From the NCBI GenBank assembly GCA_964016885.1, contig OZ024747.1, positions 3,534,001-3,598,000 on the forward strand: 64,000 bases of DNA. The letters are read 5' to 3'. Of this stretch, positions 1-12,702 are shown piece by piece; positions within the stretch are counted from its first letter, which is position 1, and the number at the start of each line of letters is the position of its first letter. A model generated the notes under the pieces. It did no database searches. It saw nothing but the letters and a program-made list of their open reading frames with translations, and was not told the origin of the DNA. Both the position numbers and the translations under genes were made by a program. This DNA comes from Eledone cirrhosa (taxonomy: Eukaryota).

Positions 1-59
1 ATGAGATAGTGTGGTTTATAGAATTTACAAACCCTCACTCCAAATCTCAGCCTCATAGA

Positions 60-235
60 CCTTAGAAAATGCAGGCCCCAGTGGACAGAATAGAGAAGGC
101 GTTTCTCTGGAGGTTGGTCAGAGAGACACAATAGAAAAGTCATTCCAGCTTGCAAGGTTCACACCTGTGGTTAGCCAAGTCCGTGCCGATGATGGTGAGT
201 CAGGAGGTGGTGTTTTGTCCAACACTCTACAGATA
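60..235 (-). mobile_element. Decayed CRE-clade 3' fragment
   Basis: Homologous to 38280-38440 (gtggacagaatagagaag.cgttt…cattccagct…cacacctg). Confidence 0.55.
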
Positions 236-267
236 CTGCTGATCTACCACCATTTCTGATACTAAAT

Positions 268-672
268 AATTGTTTCTACTATTGGCACAAAGCCAGCAAT
301 TATCCCAGTACATTACTGGTACTTTATTTTATCGACCTTGTAAGGATGAAAGGCAAAGTTAACCTCGGTGGGATTTGAACTCAGAATGGCAAGGGCCGTA
401 ACTCTATATGTCAAAGCATGGCGTCCGACCCTCTACCGATTTGATACTAAATAATTATTTCTAGTATAGGCACAAGACCAGTAATTTGGGGGAGGGGAAA
501 GTTGATTAAATCGACCCCAGTATGTTACTTATGCTTTATTTTATCGACCCCGTAAGGATGAAAGACAAAGTTAACCTCGGCAAGATTTGAACTCAGACCG
601 TAAAGGGCCACAACTCTATGCTGCAAAGCATGGTGTCCGATCCTCTACCGATACTGCCAATCTACCTCCCTT
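268..672 (-). mobile_element. Two tandem tRNA-derived SINEs with Meta-domain-like core
   Basis: Minus strand has A/B boxes (ggcagtatcggtagag…ctgagttcaaatc) followed by gaggttaactttgcctttcatccttacggggtcgataaaataaagtaccagt. Confidence 0.75.
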
Positions 673-1039
673 TCTGATACTAAATATTGAATATAAAACA
701 GTAATTTAAACAAAAGATATGATGTCGATGTGTATTTAAAACTGTATGTACATAAACCAAGTTTGTGTTTTCCAGTCTTGAGTTCTATTTTAACTGTAGT
801 AACTATATCGTTGAATAACTGTGTTGCTTTAATTTACAAGTGTGTTTAAGTTGTGTGTGTTTAAGTTGTGTGTGTTTTAGATGCGTGTGTTTAAGTTGTG
901 TGTGTTTAAGTTGTGTGTGTTTAAGTTGTGTGTTTTAGATGTGTGTTTAATTACTAGAAAAGAATCTCACTATTTTGGGACTATTGTATGTTTTCTCTTG
1001 TGTGTATATCTTCAGTTGCTTTTGTATTTGTTGTTGTTG

Positions 1040-1683
1040 TAGTGGTAGTGGTGGTAGTGGTGGTGGTGGTAGTGGTAGTGGTAGTGATAGTGGTGGTGGT
1101 GGTAGTGGTGGTAGTGGTGGTAGTGGTGGTAGTGGTGGTAGTGGTGGTAGTGGTGATGGTAGTGGTGGTGATGGTGGTGTTGGCGTTGGTGGTGGTAGTG
1201 GTGGTAGTGGTGGTGGGGGTGATAGTGGTGGTGGAGGTGATAGTGGTGGTGGTGGTGGTGGTGGTGGTGGTGGTAGAGGTGGTGGTGGTGGTGGTGGTGG
1301 TAGAGGTGGTGGTGGTAGAGGTGGTGGTGGTGGTAGAGGTGGTGGTGGTAGAGGTGGTGGTGGTGGTGTGGGGGGGTAGAGGTGGTGGTGGTGGTGGTGG
1401 AGGTGGTGGTGGTGGTGGTGGTGGTGGTGGTAGAGGTGGTGGTGGTGGAGGTGGTGCTGGTGGTAGAAGTGGTGGTGGTGGTGGTGGTGGTGGTGGTGGT
1501 GGAGGTGGTAGAGGTGGTGGTGGTGGTGGTGGTGGTGGTGGTGGTGGTGGTAGAGGTGGTGGTGGTGGTGGTGGAGGTGGTGGTAGAGGTGGTGGTGGTG
1601 GTGGTGGTGGTAGAGGTGGTGGTGGTGGTGGTGGTGGTGGTGGTGGTGGTGGTGGTGGTGGTGGTGGAGGTGGTGGTGGTGGA
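1040..1683. repeat. (GGT)n compound microsatellite
   Basis: Direct inspection. Confidence 0.95.
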
Positions 1684-1802
1684 GTTTAGGATCAGATTTG
1701 ATCTGGTGGTTGTTGTTGTTGTTTCACTGTTGTAATTCCTTTCTAACATTCCAGGGTTGTTACTTCTTGATTCATTAAATACTGAAGTTTTTTTTAGTAT
1801 TG

Positions 1803-2374
1803 GAGGGTGGGAGGGGAGAGGAGGCAGTGATAGAAGGGGAGGGGGAGAAGGAGGAGGGAGATATATATGGGAGGGGGAGTGAGGAAGTGAGAGAGAGAGA
1901 GGGAGATATATGTGGAAGGGGGAGTGAGGAAGTGAGAGAGAGAGAGGGAGATATATATGGGAGGGGGAGTGAGGAAGTGAGAGAGAGAGAGGGAGATATA
2001 TATGAGAGGGGGAGAGGGAGAGAGAGTGAGAAATGGAGAGAGAGAGGGAGAGAGAGAGGAAGGGAGGAAGAGTGTTTTAAGAATAGCTCTAGATATATTT
2101 TGAACTGGAAGTAACAGCTCTCACTCAGCATGGATGGACTGAGGGACTGAGGGAGAGAGAGTGTGTGTGAGAGAGAGAGTGAGAGAGAGAGATATATAGA
2201 TAGAGATAGAGAGAGAGAGGGAGGGAGAGTGTGAGAGAGAGAGAGAGAAAGAGAGAGATAGAGAGAGAGTGAGAGTGTGTGAAAGAGAGAGTGAGAGAGA
2301 GAGATAGATAGAGAGAGAGAGAGAGAGAAAGAGAGTGTGTGTGAGTGAGAGAGATAGAGAGAGAGGGAGAGAGA

Positions 2375-2405
<31 letters not shown>

Positions 2406-2557
2406 TGTGTGAGTGAGAGAGAGAGTGTGTGAGAGAGTGTGTGTGTGTGAGAGAGAGAGTGAGAGAGAGAGATAGGTACATAGAAAGAGAGAGAGTGAGA
2501 GTGAGAGAGAGAGAGTGTGTGAGTGAGAGAGAGATATATATAGAGAGAGAGAGAGAG
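1803..2557. repeat. GA-rich / (GA)n(GT)n low-complexity tract
   Basis: Direct inspection. Confidence 0.9.
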
Positions 2558-2869
2558 CCACATTTATAACAAATATGATTCATCCATTCATATCTCTCTA
2601 TTGCAACAACGACAACAACGACAACGACAACGACAATAACAAGATCATTGGAAGAGAGAATAAGAGAACAAAACAAAATTTCCTATAATGGATTTCAAGG
2701 AGAAATAATTGGGAAGGTGAAGGGAGGGAAATGGTGGTCAGTTGGACAAGTATAGAAACATTTATATTTGGACAGTGTGGAGAGATGGCAATCCATATGC
2801 ATGAAACTTATCAAAAATAGCTTGGAGTAATGCCTCGGTGATATATATTGACGTGCATTCAAACACATA

Positions 2870-2972
2870 CATATAAATGTATGTATATATATTTATATAT
2901 ATATATATATATATATATAAATGTATGTATATATATATATATATATAAATATATATATATATATCTATTATA

Positions 2973-3040
<68 letters not shown>

Positions 3041-3124
3041 CGTATATATATATATACATATATATATATATGTATATATATATATATGTATATATATATA
3101 AATGTATGTATATATATATAAATG

Positions 3125-3175
<51 letters not shown>

Positions 3176-3180
3176 GTATG

Positions 3181-3211
<31 letters not shown>

Positions 3212-3242
3212 GTATGTATATATAAATATCTATATATACATA

Positions 3243-3276
<34 letters not shown>
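2870..3276. repeat. (TA)n microsatellite
   Basis: Direct inspection. Confidence 0.95.
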
Positions 3277-3405
3277 GGAAAAAGTATGACCTTGAGCTCT
3301 GCCGTCGGGGTCATACTTTTTCCTATTTCCCACTCTACTACCCTAAGTATTGAGTACTCTGGTGCGTTAAGGTCCATCTGGTTCCTTACCACAATTCCTT
3401 TGTTA
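3277..3405 (+). mobile_element. Short (TA)n-inserted fold-back repeat (family G)
   Basis: Same 3' end; 5' inversion ggaaaaagtatgacc/ggtcatactttttcc. Confidence 0.65.
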
Positions 3406-3427
3406 TATATATATATATATATATATA

Positions 3428-3620
3428 TGCCAGTTGAAGGAAGACGTGGTAGAGGTAGACCACGAAAAACATGGGCGGAGGTGGTGAGAACAGACCTCAG
3501 ATCATTGAAGCTCACGCTGGAGATGACGAGGGACCGTGACGGGTGGAGAGATGCTGTGCTGAATAAGACCCGTCCCACCCTTGCAAGCAGGGAAAAGCGG
3601 ACGTAAAATGATGATGATGA
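3428..3620 (+). mobile_element. RTE-clade LINE 3' end with (GAT)n tail
   Basis: [23 protein letters not shown]...RDRDGWR followed by gatgatgat. Confidence 0.75.
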
Positions 3621-4122
3621 TATATATATATATATATACAGAGAGAGAGAGAGGGGCGGAGAGAGAGAATCATTTGCTGACTGACTCACTCACCCATGCA
3701 TACATATATACATAGATGCATGGATATATACATACATAGATACGTACATACATACATATATATGTGTGCGTGTAGGAGAGAGACAATGAAATATACAGAG
3801 ACACACACATACACAAATATATATATGTGTGTAAGTGTGTGTGTGATAGAGAGAAAGATATAGTGAAATAAATACACGCATACACACATATATATATATG
3901 GCTGGGGAGGGAGATAAAGACATACATACACACACATATGTACGCACACATACAAAGATATATGCATGTAGACATACATGAGCACGTAGAAAAAAGAACT
4001 GGTCTAATATTATAGTGTAGCTATTCTGAGAGACTTTGGACAAAGTGCTTATCTCAATTCCTAGAGTAAATACAATGATAGAATGTGGACAATTGTCTGA
4101 TGTAAGGAGTGAGGGGGGGGGG

Positions 4123-4272
4123 GCACATTTGAGGCACTGTGGTGCCACTGACTGTGGGGGACATATGGGGCACTGTGGGGGGACATATGGGACACTGTGG
4201 CACCACTGACTGGGGTACATATGAGGCACTGTGGCACCACTGACTGGGGTACATACGAGACACTGTGGCCCC
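4123..4272. repeat. Degenerate minisatellite, 20-35 bp units
   Basis: Repeated ggcactgtggcaccactgactggggtacatatg. Confidence 0.75.
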
Positions 4273-4596
4273 AAATTTCCAGTTCAAATACTACCCAAAC
4301 TAACTATGTCCCATCATTTGTTGGTGGGTTTTTTTTTGCTGATGATCTCAAATACGAAATATCATTATAATTGTCATCATCATCATCTCTGTGTGTACTA
4401 AGTTCAAAATATGCCATAGTTTATTTTGCCTTTTATGCCATCCAATAAATAAGTACCAGTCATATACTGGTGGAACTTCTATGACCCCTGACAGAAGGCA
4501 ATAATAGAGTTGTTAGATAATTGAACAAATTGTTCTGGATCTCTGCACACTGAGATCAAATCCTGTCATAGTCACCAATACTAAGAGTGAATTACG

Positions 4597-4713
4597 ATCT
4601 GAGTTCAAATCCCACCAAGGTTGACTTTGCCTTTCATCCTTACGGGGTCGATAAAATAAAGTACCAGTAATGCACTGGGTAATTGCTGGCCTTGTGCCTA
4701 AAGTAGAAACAAG
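4597..4713 (+). mobile_element. Meta-like SINE fragment
   Basis: ctgagttcaaatcccaccaaggttgactttgcctttcatccttacggggtcgataaaa. Confidence 0.7.
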
Positions 4714-4729
4714 TATATATATATATATA

Positions 4730-5228
4730 CACAGGATAACAAATTATTGTTATAGGTAGTCCACTTAGATGTAGTCCAGTTATGGTACTCCGAGTAGTGG
4801 ATAGTATTAACGCTTGGCTAAGTTTGACTCAACAAGACGTTTCCATAGTGATGCTCCGAGTACGCGGAGATTTCTATGTAGTTTACACTTGGAGTAATAA
4901 TAACTCAAGAAAGAAAAGTGACATGGTTTGCTATACAATAAGGGCTTTATTCACATTGCTGACCATTGTTTCACTGAACTGGTAGGTCTAGAGATCGCTA
5001 CCCGCCTGTTTTTGCGTCAATCGATCACCAATACATAGTTATAACCAGTCAGTTCATCAGAGCGTGCGAGATGAACTGACTGGTTATAACAAAGTATTGG
5101 TGATCGATTGACGCAGAAACAGGCGGGTAGCGATCTCTAGACCTACCAGTTCAGTGAAAGTGAAACAATGGTCAGCAATGTGAATAAAGCCCTTATTGTA
5201 TAGTGAACCGTGTCACTCTTCTTTCTTG

Positions 5229-5229
<1 letters not shown>
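4730..5229. mobile_element. Fold-back element (about 155-bp inverted arms 4905-5058 / 5070-5229, 11-nt loop), probably a Penelope-like pLTR
   Basis: Near-perfect inverted repeat with a few substitutions and one 6-bp indel. Bounded by (TA)n on both sides; CTGATGA on the minus strand at the loop. Confidence 0.6.
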
Positions 5230-5231
<2 letters not shown>

Positions 5232-5275
<44 letters not shown>

Positions 5276-5290
5276 TATATATGTATATAC

Positions 5291-5349
<59 letters not shown>

Positions 5350-5452
5350 TATATATATATATACATATATATATACATATATATATATACATATATATAC
5401 ACATATATATATATACATATATATACATATATATATATACATATATATATAC

Positions 5453-5507
<55 letters not shown>

Positions 5508-5530
5508 TATATACACATTTATATATATAC

Positions 5531-5563
<33 letters not shown>

Positions 5564-5693
5564 CATATATATATACATATATATATATATATACACATAT
5601 ATATACATATATATATATATATACATGTATATATATATATACATATATATATATACATATATATATATATACATATATATATACATATATACA

Positions 5694-5745
<52 letters not shown>

Positions 5746-5789
5746 CCATTATATATATATATGTATATATATATATGTATATATATATA
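5232..5789. repeat. (TA)n microsatellite
   Basis: Direct inspection. Confidence 0.95.
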
Positions 5790-5848
5790 AAATAATTAAG
5801 TCAAATATGTAAAATTTGGCTTCGTTTATTATAAATTATAGATATACA

Positions 5849-5900
5849 GCTATATATTTTTCGGTGACAGCCATCATTCGCTGTGACCTCTTCAGGCAGT
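5849..5900 (-). ncRNA. Degenerate hammerhead motif (family F); inverted degraded copy at 6025-6076
   Basis: Minus strand: GC-CTGAAGA-GGTCACAGC(loop)GCTGTCACC-GAAAAATATATA|GC. The plus-strand copy has GAAA changed to AAAA. Confidence 0.5.
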
Positions 5901-6362
5901 CCGAATTGGTGTGGAAAAGACAGGTACACATGTTGTTGAAGTTTGTTTCACTCCATCAATACATCGATATTTCCATCTCCTGGGTGTGTTGTTATTCCTC
6001 TGAGGAACTGGAATCATAATTCAGACTGCCTGAAGAGATCACAGTCAATGATTGCTGTCACCAAAATATATATAGCCAAATTTGACATGTTTGACTTAAT
6101 TATTTTACATTACTCCGCAGTAAACAAACCAACTGCGTACTTCGTCGAGTGCTCCAATTTTTTTCGATTTACAGAGGAATTTCTGGCATGTTTACATGCC
6201 TACATATTAGATATATGTATATATATATACACATTGGTGTAGTCTCGGTTACACACTCTGTATTTATACAGATATAACTTTATTAACATACATACACACA
6301 TATATACACACACATATATATATACACACATAGATATATATATACACACACACATGCACATG

Positions 6363-6393
<31 letters not shown>

Positions 6394-7158
6394 CATCATC
6401 ATCATCGTTTAACGTCCATCTTCCACACTAACATGGGTTAGACAGTTTTGTTCCATTTGATGCGGGAATGGTCTGGAGACAATGCCTTGCTCGCACAGAA
6501 GCGTCTCTGGCAGGTTTTTTACAGCTGGATGTCCTTCCTAACACCAACCACATTTACAGTGTGGACTGTTGTGTCATTGACACAGTGGACAGAACGGGAA
6601 AGGGAGGGTGTGGCAGTGGGGTGTACATTGAGTTAAAAGGTGCAATATATATATATACATACACGCACACACACACACACATATATAAGAAGTGATTTTA
6701 ATGTAAGTAAAATATCTGAATGTATGTTGCTCTGTTCTCTATACTGCAACACTCTCTGAATTGTTAATATGTAATAAAAGTTTGCTTGTTTTTTTTTTTT
6801 AATGTTCTATTTAAAATTAGATAAGTTTTCTTGAAAATGACATTAATTCAGAGAATGTATGAGCAATGCTGCAGCAAATGTAAATGTTCATATATGGGAG
6901 GAGATAAGAGTTATCGAGTGTTTTCTCCCAATATCTGTACTTTGTTCAATTAGATTCTAGAAACATTTTACCTGAAGCTAGCAAATAAAGTTATTTCTAA
7001 AGAGAGAAATATTGCTTTTATATTGACAAAATATCATAGACTTCACTTTTTCTTTCCTTTTATTTTCTTTCTTTTTTCTTATATTTTTCTTTTATTTTTT
7101 CTTTCTCTTTCTCTTTCAGATTTCCTTTTTACAATTTCTTGTGTCTTGAAGCCAAAAC

Positions 7159-9537
7159 ATGTTACAAGTATATATATTATTGATTGTGAGTGTCATGTGT
7201 GAAACTGTTGATTTGACTTACCACGTGAAGGAAGGCAAAAGTCCTGGAACTATTGTTGGAGACATTTCATACGAGCGACATTTATTGGATAGTGTACCTC
7301 CTCAAGATCATGGTGTTATTACATATAGCCAACTACATGAAAGTCAAAATGGTGACATACAGCTGTTTAATGTCTCCAAGTCAGGAAAGCTCTACACTGC
7401 TATGAATTTAGACGCTGAATCTCTTTGTAAATATAATATTGAGTGCTTCAGAATGGTTGAAATTGCTGTGAAGCAAGAGGAATTCTTTTTGAAAATAATT
7501 GAAATAAAAGTAATTATTGATGATATTAATGATAATAAACCTGAATTTTCCCAACATCAAGTAGATCTTCAGTTTTATGAAACTGATGGCAAAGGAACAA
7601 CGAAATCAATACCAAATGCTATTGACAAAGATGTTAGTGTGTTGAATTCCCAGATAACTTATGTACTTCAGAATACAAATGATCCCTTTAAATTGTCTGT
7701 GTCAGAGAGTGTGATAGGCACATCAAAAAATGAAATAATTCTGAAGCAAGGACTTGATAGAGAAGTAAAAGATTTTTACCTTTTGGAGGTTATTGCAAAT
7801 GATGGTGGCTCGCCACCAAAACAAAGTATTTTAAAAATACGAGTAACTGTTACAGATGAGAATGACAACAGGCCTGTCTTTACACAGAATATCTATAATG
7901 TTTCATTAAATAAGAAAAATAGAAGAGTACAGCTTGTAGTTACTGTGTTAGCAGAAGATAATGATGTAGGTCAGAATGGCAAAGTTTCATATAGTTTTAA
8001 TTCCAAAACACCAGATTCTGTCATGTCTTATTTTGAATTGGACCCTAAAAATGGCAGGATTTTACCTCACAAAATTTTTCCTTTTGAAAAAAGACAAACC
8101 TATAAACTTTTCATTGATGCCACAGATCATGGCAGTCCTCCATTGAGTTCTACTGCAATTGTGATAGTTAATGTGCTAAACCAACAGAACAATGCTCCAA
8201 GAATTGATGTAAAATTTGTTTCTAAATCTGAAGGAAATCTTGTTAGCATTTCAGAAGGAGTAAAAGTTGGTAGCTTCATTGCTTATGTGAAAGTTATTGA
8301 TAATGACAATGGGCACAATGGAGAGGTTAGTTGTCTTCTAAAACATGAGAAATTTATGCTTCAAAGTCTAGGAAAAAATAAGTATAAAGTCGTTATTAAA
8401 AGTCTTGTCAACAGAGAATTAGAAAGTCACATGGATTTAAATATTGTTTGTGAAGATAAGGGATTTCCATCCCTAAGGACAGTGAGAAAATTTTCTATCA
8501 AAGTGATAGATGTTAATGATGTACAACCATACTTTACAAAAAGCACATTTAAATTTTTAACTTATGAAAATGAAGAACCCAATTTTCCTGTTGGGTTTAT
8601 TAATGCTACAGATCCTGATTTAGGCCTGGGAGGACAACTATCATATTCTTTGTTTGATGAACATGGCTATGTCCTTCCATTTAAGATTTCCAATTTTGGA
8701 TTTATTACAACAGCTCAATCTTTGGATCATGAAAAGCAAGATGTATACCGATTCAAGGCTTTGGTCAAAGATAATGGAACTCCCTCTCTTAACAACACAG
8801 CTAATGTAGTTGTTGAAGTTATGGATAAAAATGACAATGCTCCTTATTTTACATTCCCTAGTTTAAGCCCCTTTAGTCTAGATGTCCATTACCATCCCCA
8901 GACAAAAAGTGACATCACTGTGTTGAGAGCCTCTGACAGAGACAGTCATGCAAATGCTTTTTTGACTTATGAAATACTTGGAGGCAATAACAAACAATTA
9001 TTTACAGTCAACCCTTACACAGGAGTTTTATCTTTCTCTCGTACTGTATATCAAAATGATGCTGGATCATACGATTTAAAATTAGCTGTCAAAGACAGTG
9101 GTACACCAGTTTTATCAGCCACAACTACATTGTCTTTGACACTAACTGTTAGTAATACAACAGCCAGGATGTACACATCTGAGGACACAGAATCAGACAA
9201 CAGAATACATATTAATTTGATGATTATTATAGTAGTAGCAGCAGTGATAGTTTCTGTTGCTATTGTAGTTTCTGTGATAGTTTGTGTTGTCCACAGGAAA
9301 AATCAGAGGGATGCTAAATATGGTTATGGTGTCAGTACAAATAATGATTTTGTTGGAGAAAGGAGACCATCAGGCTATATATCTGAATCGATGTCATCTC
9401 AATATAATACACCAGTGACCATGATCTCTGACCACAATTCAACAAGAATCTCTCGGACTGTTCAATCTGGCTATAAACCAGGGCAAAGTTGGAAAGGATC
9501 TTCATCTGGGCTGCATAACCAAGATGTTACACACCAG
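7159..9537 (+). CDS. Protocadherin gene 1, large coding exon (signal peptide, EC1-EC6, TM, juxtamembrane tail)
   Basis: Cadherin motifs DINDNKPEF, LDRE, DENDNRPVF, DVNDVQPYF, LDHE, DKNDNAPYF; EC1 C-x5-C (CKYNIEC); TM IIIVVAAVIVSVAIVVSVIVCVV. A pyrimidine-rich acceptor ends at 7119, 39 nt before the ATG. Phase-0 donor CAG|GTGAAT at 9537/9538; the track ORF reads through the intron to 9573. Confidence 0.95.
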
Positions 9538-10469
9538 GTGAATATCATTTTTTTACTTTTGGATTTTTCTTAGTATTTTATTGATATTTCAGAAAAAAAA
9601 TGTTTTATTAAAAAATTTGAAAATATTTTCACATTGAACCTGTACTATTTGTATAAAGCAATTGTACTTTTTATTTATTTCAGCTTTATTGATGGGGATT
9701 AGTGGGGTTTATTAAGTAGAGTTAGATGAAAATCCTAATTAAGTTTCTTTCGTCATTTCATTTTCATCGACTAACATTTACATCAGTCATTTTCCTCAGC
9801 TGTAAGTTGGAAATTAATAGAAATGAAATTAGAACGATTTGGCAAAATTGATCTAGAATGATTAGGCGATTATTTACAATTATTTTCTGGACAATTATTG
9901 TACTAGATGATATTTGTTTGGGCTTGAAACCGTTTCTTAGCGTTTAGCTTCCAATAATATATTTTACTTAGTAATCAATGGCTTATCTCCCATCTACTGC
10001 CCTCTTTTGTAGGTAATGAATTGATAAGACAAAAATGCCATCATTCAGACCAGGAACATTACATTTTGTCATAAACAGTCGACTCATTCTGTTAGTACCA
10101 TTTCAGTACCATAGTAATTATAAATATTTATATGAATGTGTATGTGTGCTTTAAATTTATCTTTGAATATAGATTAATTTTTTAAAAATTTATCTAAAAA
10201 AATAATTTTTAAGAGAATTATATTTCCTAGAAATAATTGCTATTAAAAAGTAAAAAAAGGTAAATTAAAAAAAAGAATATTACTTTTTATTTGTTTTTTC
10301 TTCTAAATTCTTATTTCTATGAACCAATTGCTTTGTATCGAACTTATACACATTATTTCTAAAATTGTCTGTAGTTCTTATAACTAGTAGCACAAAGCTA
10401 TTTGGTTCATAACACTCTATTCCCCACTTTTATATTGAATTCTATGTTTCAATATATCGGTTCCAACAG

Positions 10470-10632
10470 ATAAGTGTTCAAGAGGCAGCTGTGACAGCTG
10501 GGGCTCGTAAAGAAGAACAACGTATGTTAATGACATGTGAGCACTTCAATGAAATGTTAGCAATATCTTCTCCAACTAACAGTGGTCATGGATCCACAGA
10601 AAGAAACACCGTTCACTATGAGACACTTCCAG
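10470..10632 (+). CDS. Protocadherin gene 1, second coding exon (cytoplasmic)
   Basis: Acceptor ttccaacAG, donor CCAG|GTATGT. The 163 nt are open in phase 0: ISVQEAAVTAGARKEEQRMLMTCEHFNEMLAISSPTNSGHGSTERNTVHYETLPG. NSGHGS resembles the DSGHG motif of protocadherin tails. The phase-1 end fits the next exon. Confidence 0.85.
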
Positions 10633-12653
10633 GTATGTTCTGAACATTTTCAGCTACTCTATTGTTGAGAAATAATTGAATCAAACATTTTCAGGTTTCA
10701 GATGGAGAGAAATTGTTATTTGCTACACTTCTTTTAGATTATTTTTACCCTTAATATCTTCAGGATATTTAATGCATTAACAACTTTTTAATTGCATTTT
10801 CTTTTCATTATTTCATAATTTCTCTGATGACTGAGAAATTAAATTTTTCCAAATTAATTATTTTATTTTTATAATAAACAAAACTTTATATAGTTAAAAG
10901 CAAATTAACAAAAAAAAAAAAAAATAATAATAAAGAATAATAACAAACCCAAGAAAAAAAAACTCATAACATTTATTTGTTTGTTTTAAAACACAGCATC
11001 TAGTTTATCAGTGTATTGTATTAAATAGCTGTTGGCTGCTTTGTTAGTTCCGTGTTGCTGTTGTATAACAAGGCAACATAATATTAGATTCTTTCATTAT
11101 AGATATTGCGGAGGTAAAACTTTACTAAGGTAAAAGGATTATCAAAATTGTTGATTTCACGTTAAATTAACAATGATTTTCTTCAACATTTTCTAACAAT
11201 GCTGTTACTCATGACCCTTAAACAAACTAACACAATTCAACTTCCTTATATGACGTCATCTGTACAAAGGTTCTCTTATGTTAACATACAGTTGTTGTCC
11301 CTGGTTTGAATGCTGGCTAGTTTCTTATTTTATTTATTTTATTTCATTTCATTCCAGTTTTTTTGAAGTTTTTGTTCCTCATATTACTGCTCACTTTCTA
11401 TACATTCCAATAAGATCTGCTGTATATTGTATGTAGAACCACTGAAAATACCACTTACAAAAGTACTTCTTTAGTTGTGATATATTAACAAAGATTTTGA
11501 ACCCGACATTTAAGATGTTTAAGATGGAGAATCAAACATTATTGGTTAAATTAAAGGGCAGTCATCCCTAAATGGTTGACAATGATACAACACTGCACTA
11601 TGAGATGTAGTTAGATGTGTCACAATATACTAACATTAAATAGTATTTTCATCACTCATTAACGTTAAATGCAAAATAAAAGAGATGTTTCAAAGTATTT
11701 AAGTTTTTTTGTGCTTTGAACAAAGCCTTTGAATAAGGTCAGTGACTATTCCTGGTTTCCTTGGCACTAGGAGACTAAGAATACAAGACTCTCCCTGAAC
11801 AGGATACCAGTCTATTATAGGTTTATCTTCCCTAGAACTCATTCTGAGTTGAGTGTACTGGAGCAATGTGAAATAAAGTGTTTTGCCCAAGAACACAATG
11901 TAGCATCCTCTCCATGAATTGAACCAAAGACATTATGATCATAACTCCAACAACCTAACCCTTGGGCCTTCACACATATTCTTCAACTGCTATAGTTTTA
12001 TTCTTGTTCAACTGCTAGGTTAGAGTAAGACACAGAAGCAACTATAGTCTGCTTCCATTCTCCCTATAAAATAAGCTGGAATACTGAAAAGTTTTGTTTC
12101 ATTGACTTGTAGTGTTAAGCATAAATTTGCCCATGGCCCTAGAAATGAGAGTATAGAGATAATCCTGTGAATGATTATTAGAATAATGAATAATTTCTCC
12201 TATGGAAACAATAAAATAAAATGGACATCACTAATTAAAACAAAAGAACAAAAAAAGGTCAAATAATTAACTTTGTTTATACCACTTGTATGAAATAAAT
12301 GATATAATGGAAAATAAAAAATACGTTGGAGTTATTTTTACCCATTTTCTTCAAGTTTATATTTGGCACAATATTCTAATTTCGATGTAAAATAACATTT
12401 ATTAATAATCAGTTTAATTGATCTGACATTGAATAAATTATGTTGTTGTTCATTAAATTTATTCAAAATGAATTAATTTTAGGCGAGGAAGATCTTAAAT
12501 CCTCATTGTTGATTCTAAAAAGAAAAAACATTTTCTCTAAAATTTTACTTTATTTAGAATGAATTTTTTTTACAAATTTTGTGTAGATTTCTGAGATGAG
12601 AAATGATCATTGTTATAAACTGATTTATTTAGACATATGTTAACACCATGATT

Positions 12654-12702
12654 GTTATAAGCACATTTCAGCCATTGTTGCTTACAGCTATCTTCAGGTG
12701 AC
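12654..12702 (-). ncRNA. Old degenerate hammerhead-like motif
   Basis: Minus strand: GTCAC-CTGAAGA-T-AGCTGT...ATGGCT-GAAA-TGTGCTT|ATAAC; stem I is decayed. Confidence 0.3.

Noticed and set aside
268-672. tRNA genes suggested by A/B boxes
   Set aside because: No cloverleaf; these are SINE heads repeated throughout the window.
975-3225. Gly-, Val-, Thr/His-, Ser/Leu- and Tyr/Ile-rich ORFs
   Set aside because: Translations of GGT, GA and TA microsatellites; the same applies to most of the ORF track.
9985-10012. Second CTCF-like site (cccatctactgccctctttt)
   Set aside because: Several core mismatches; expected by chance.
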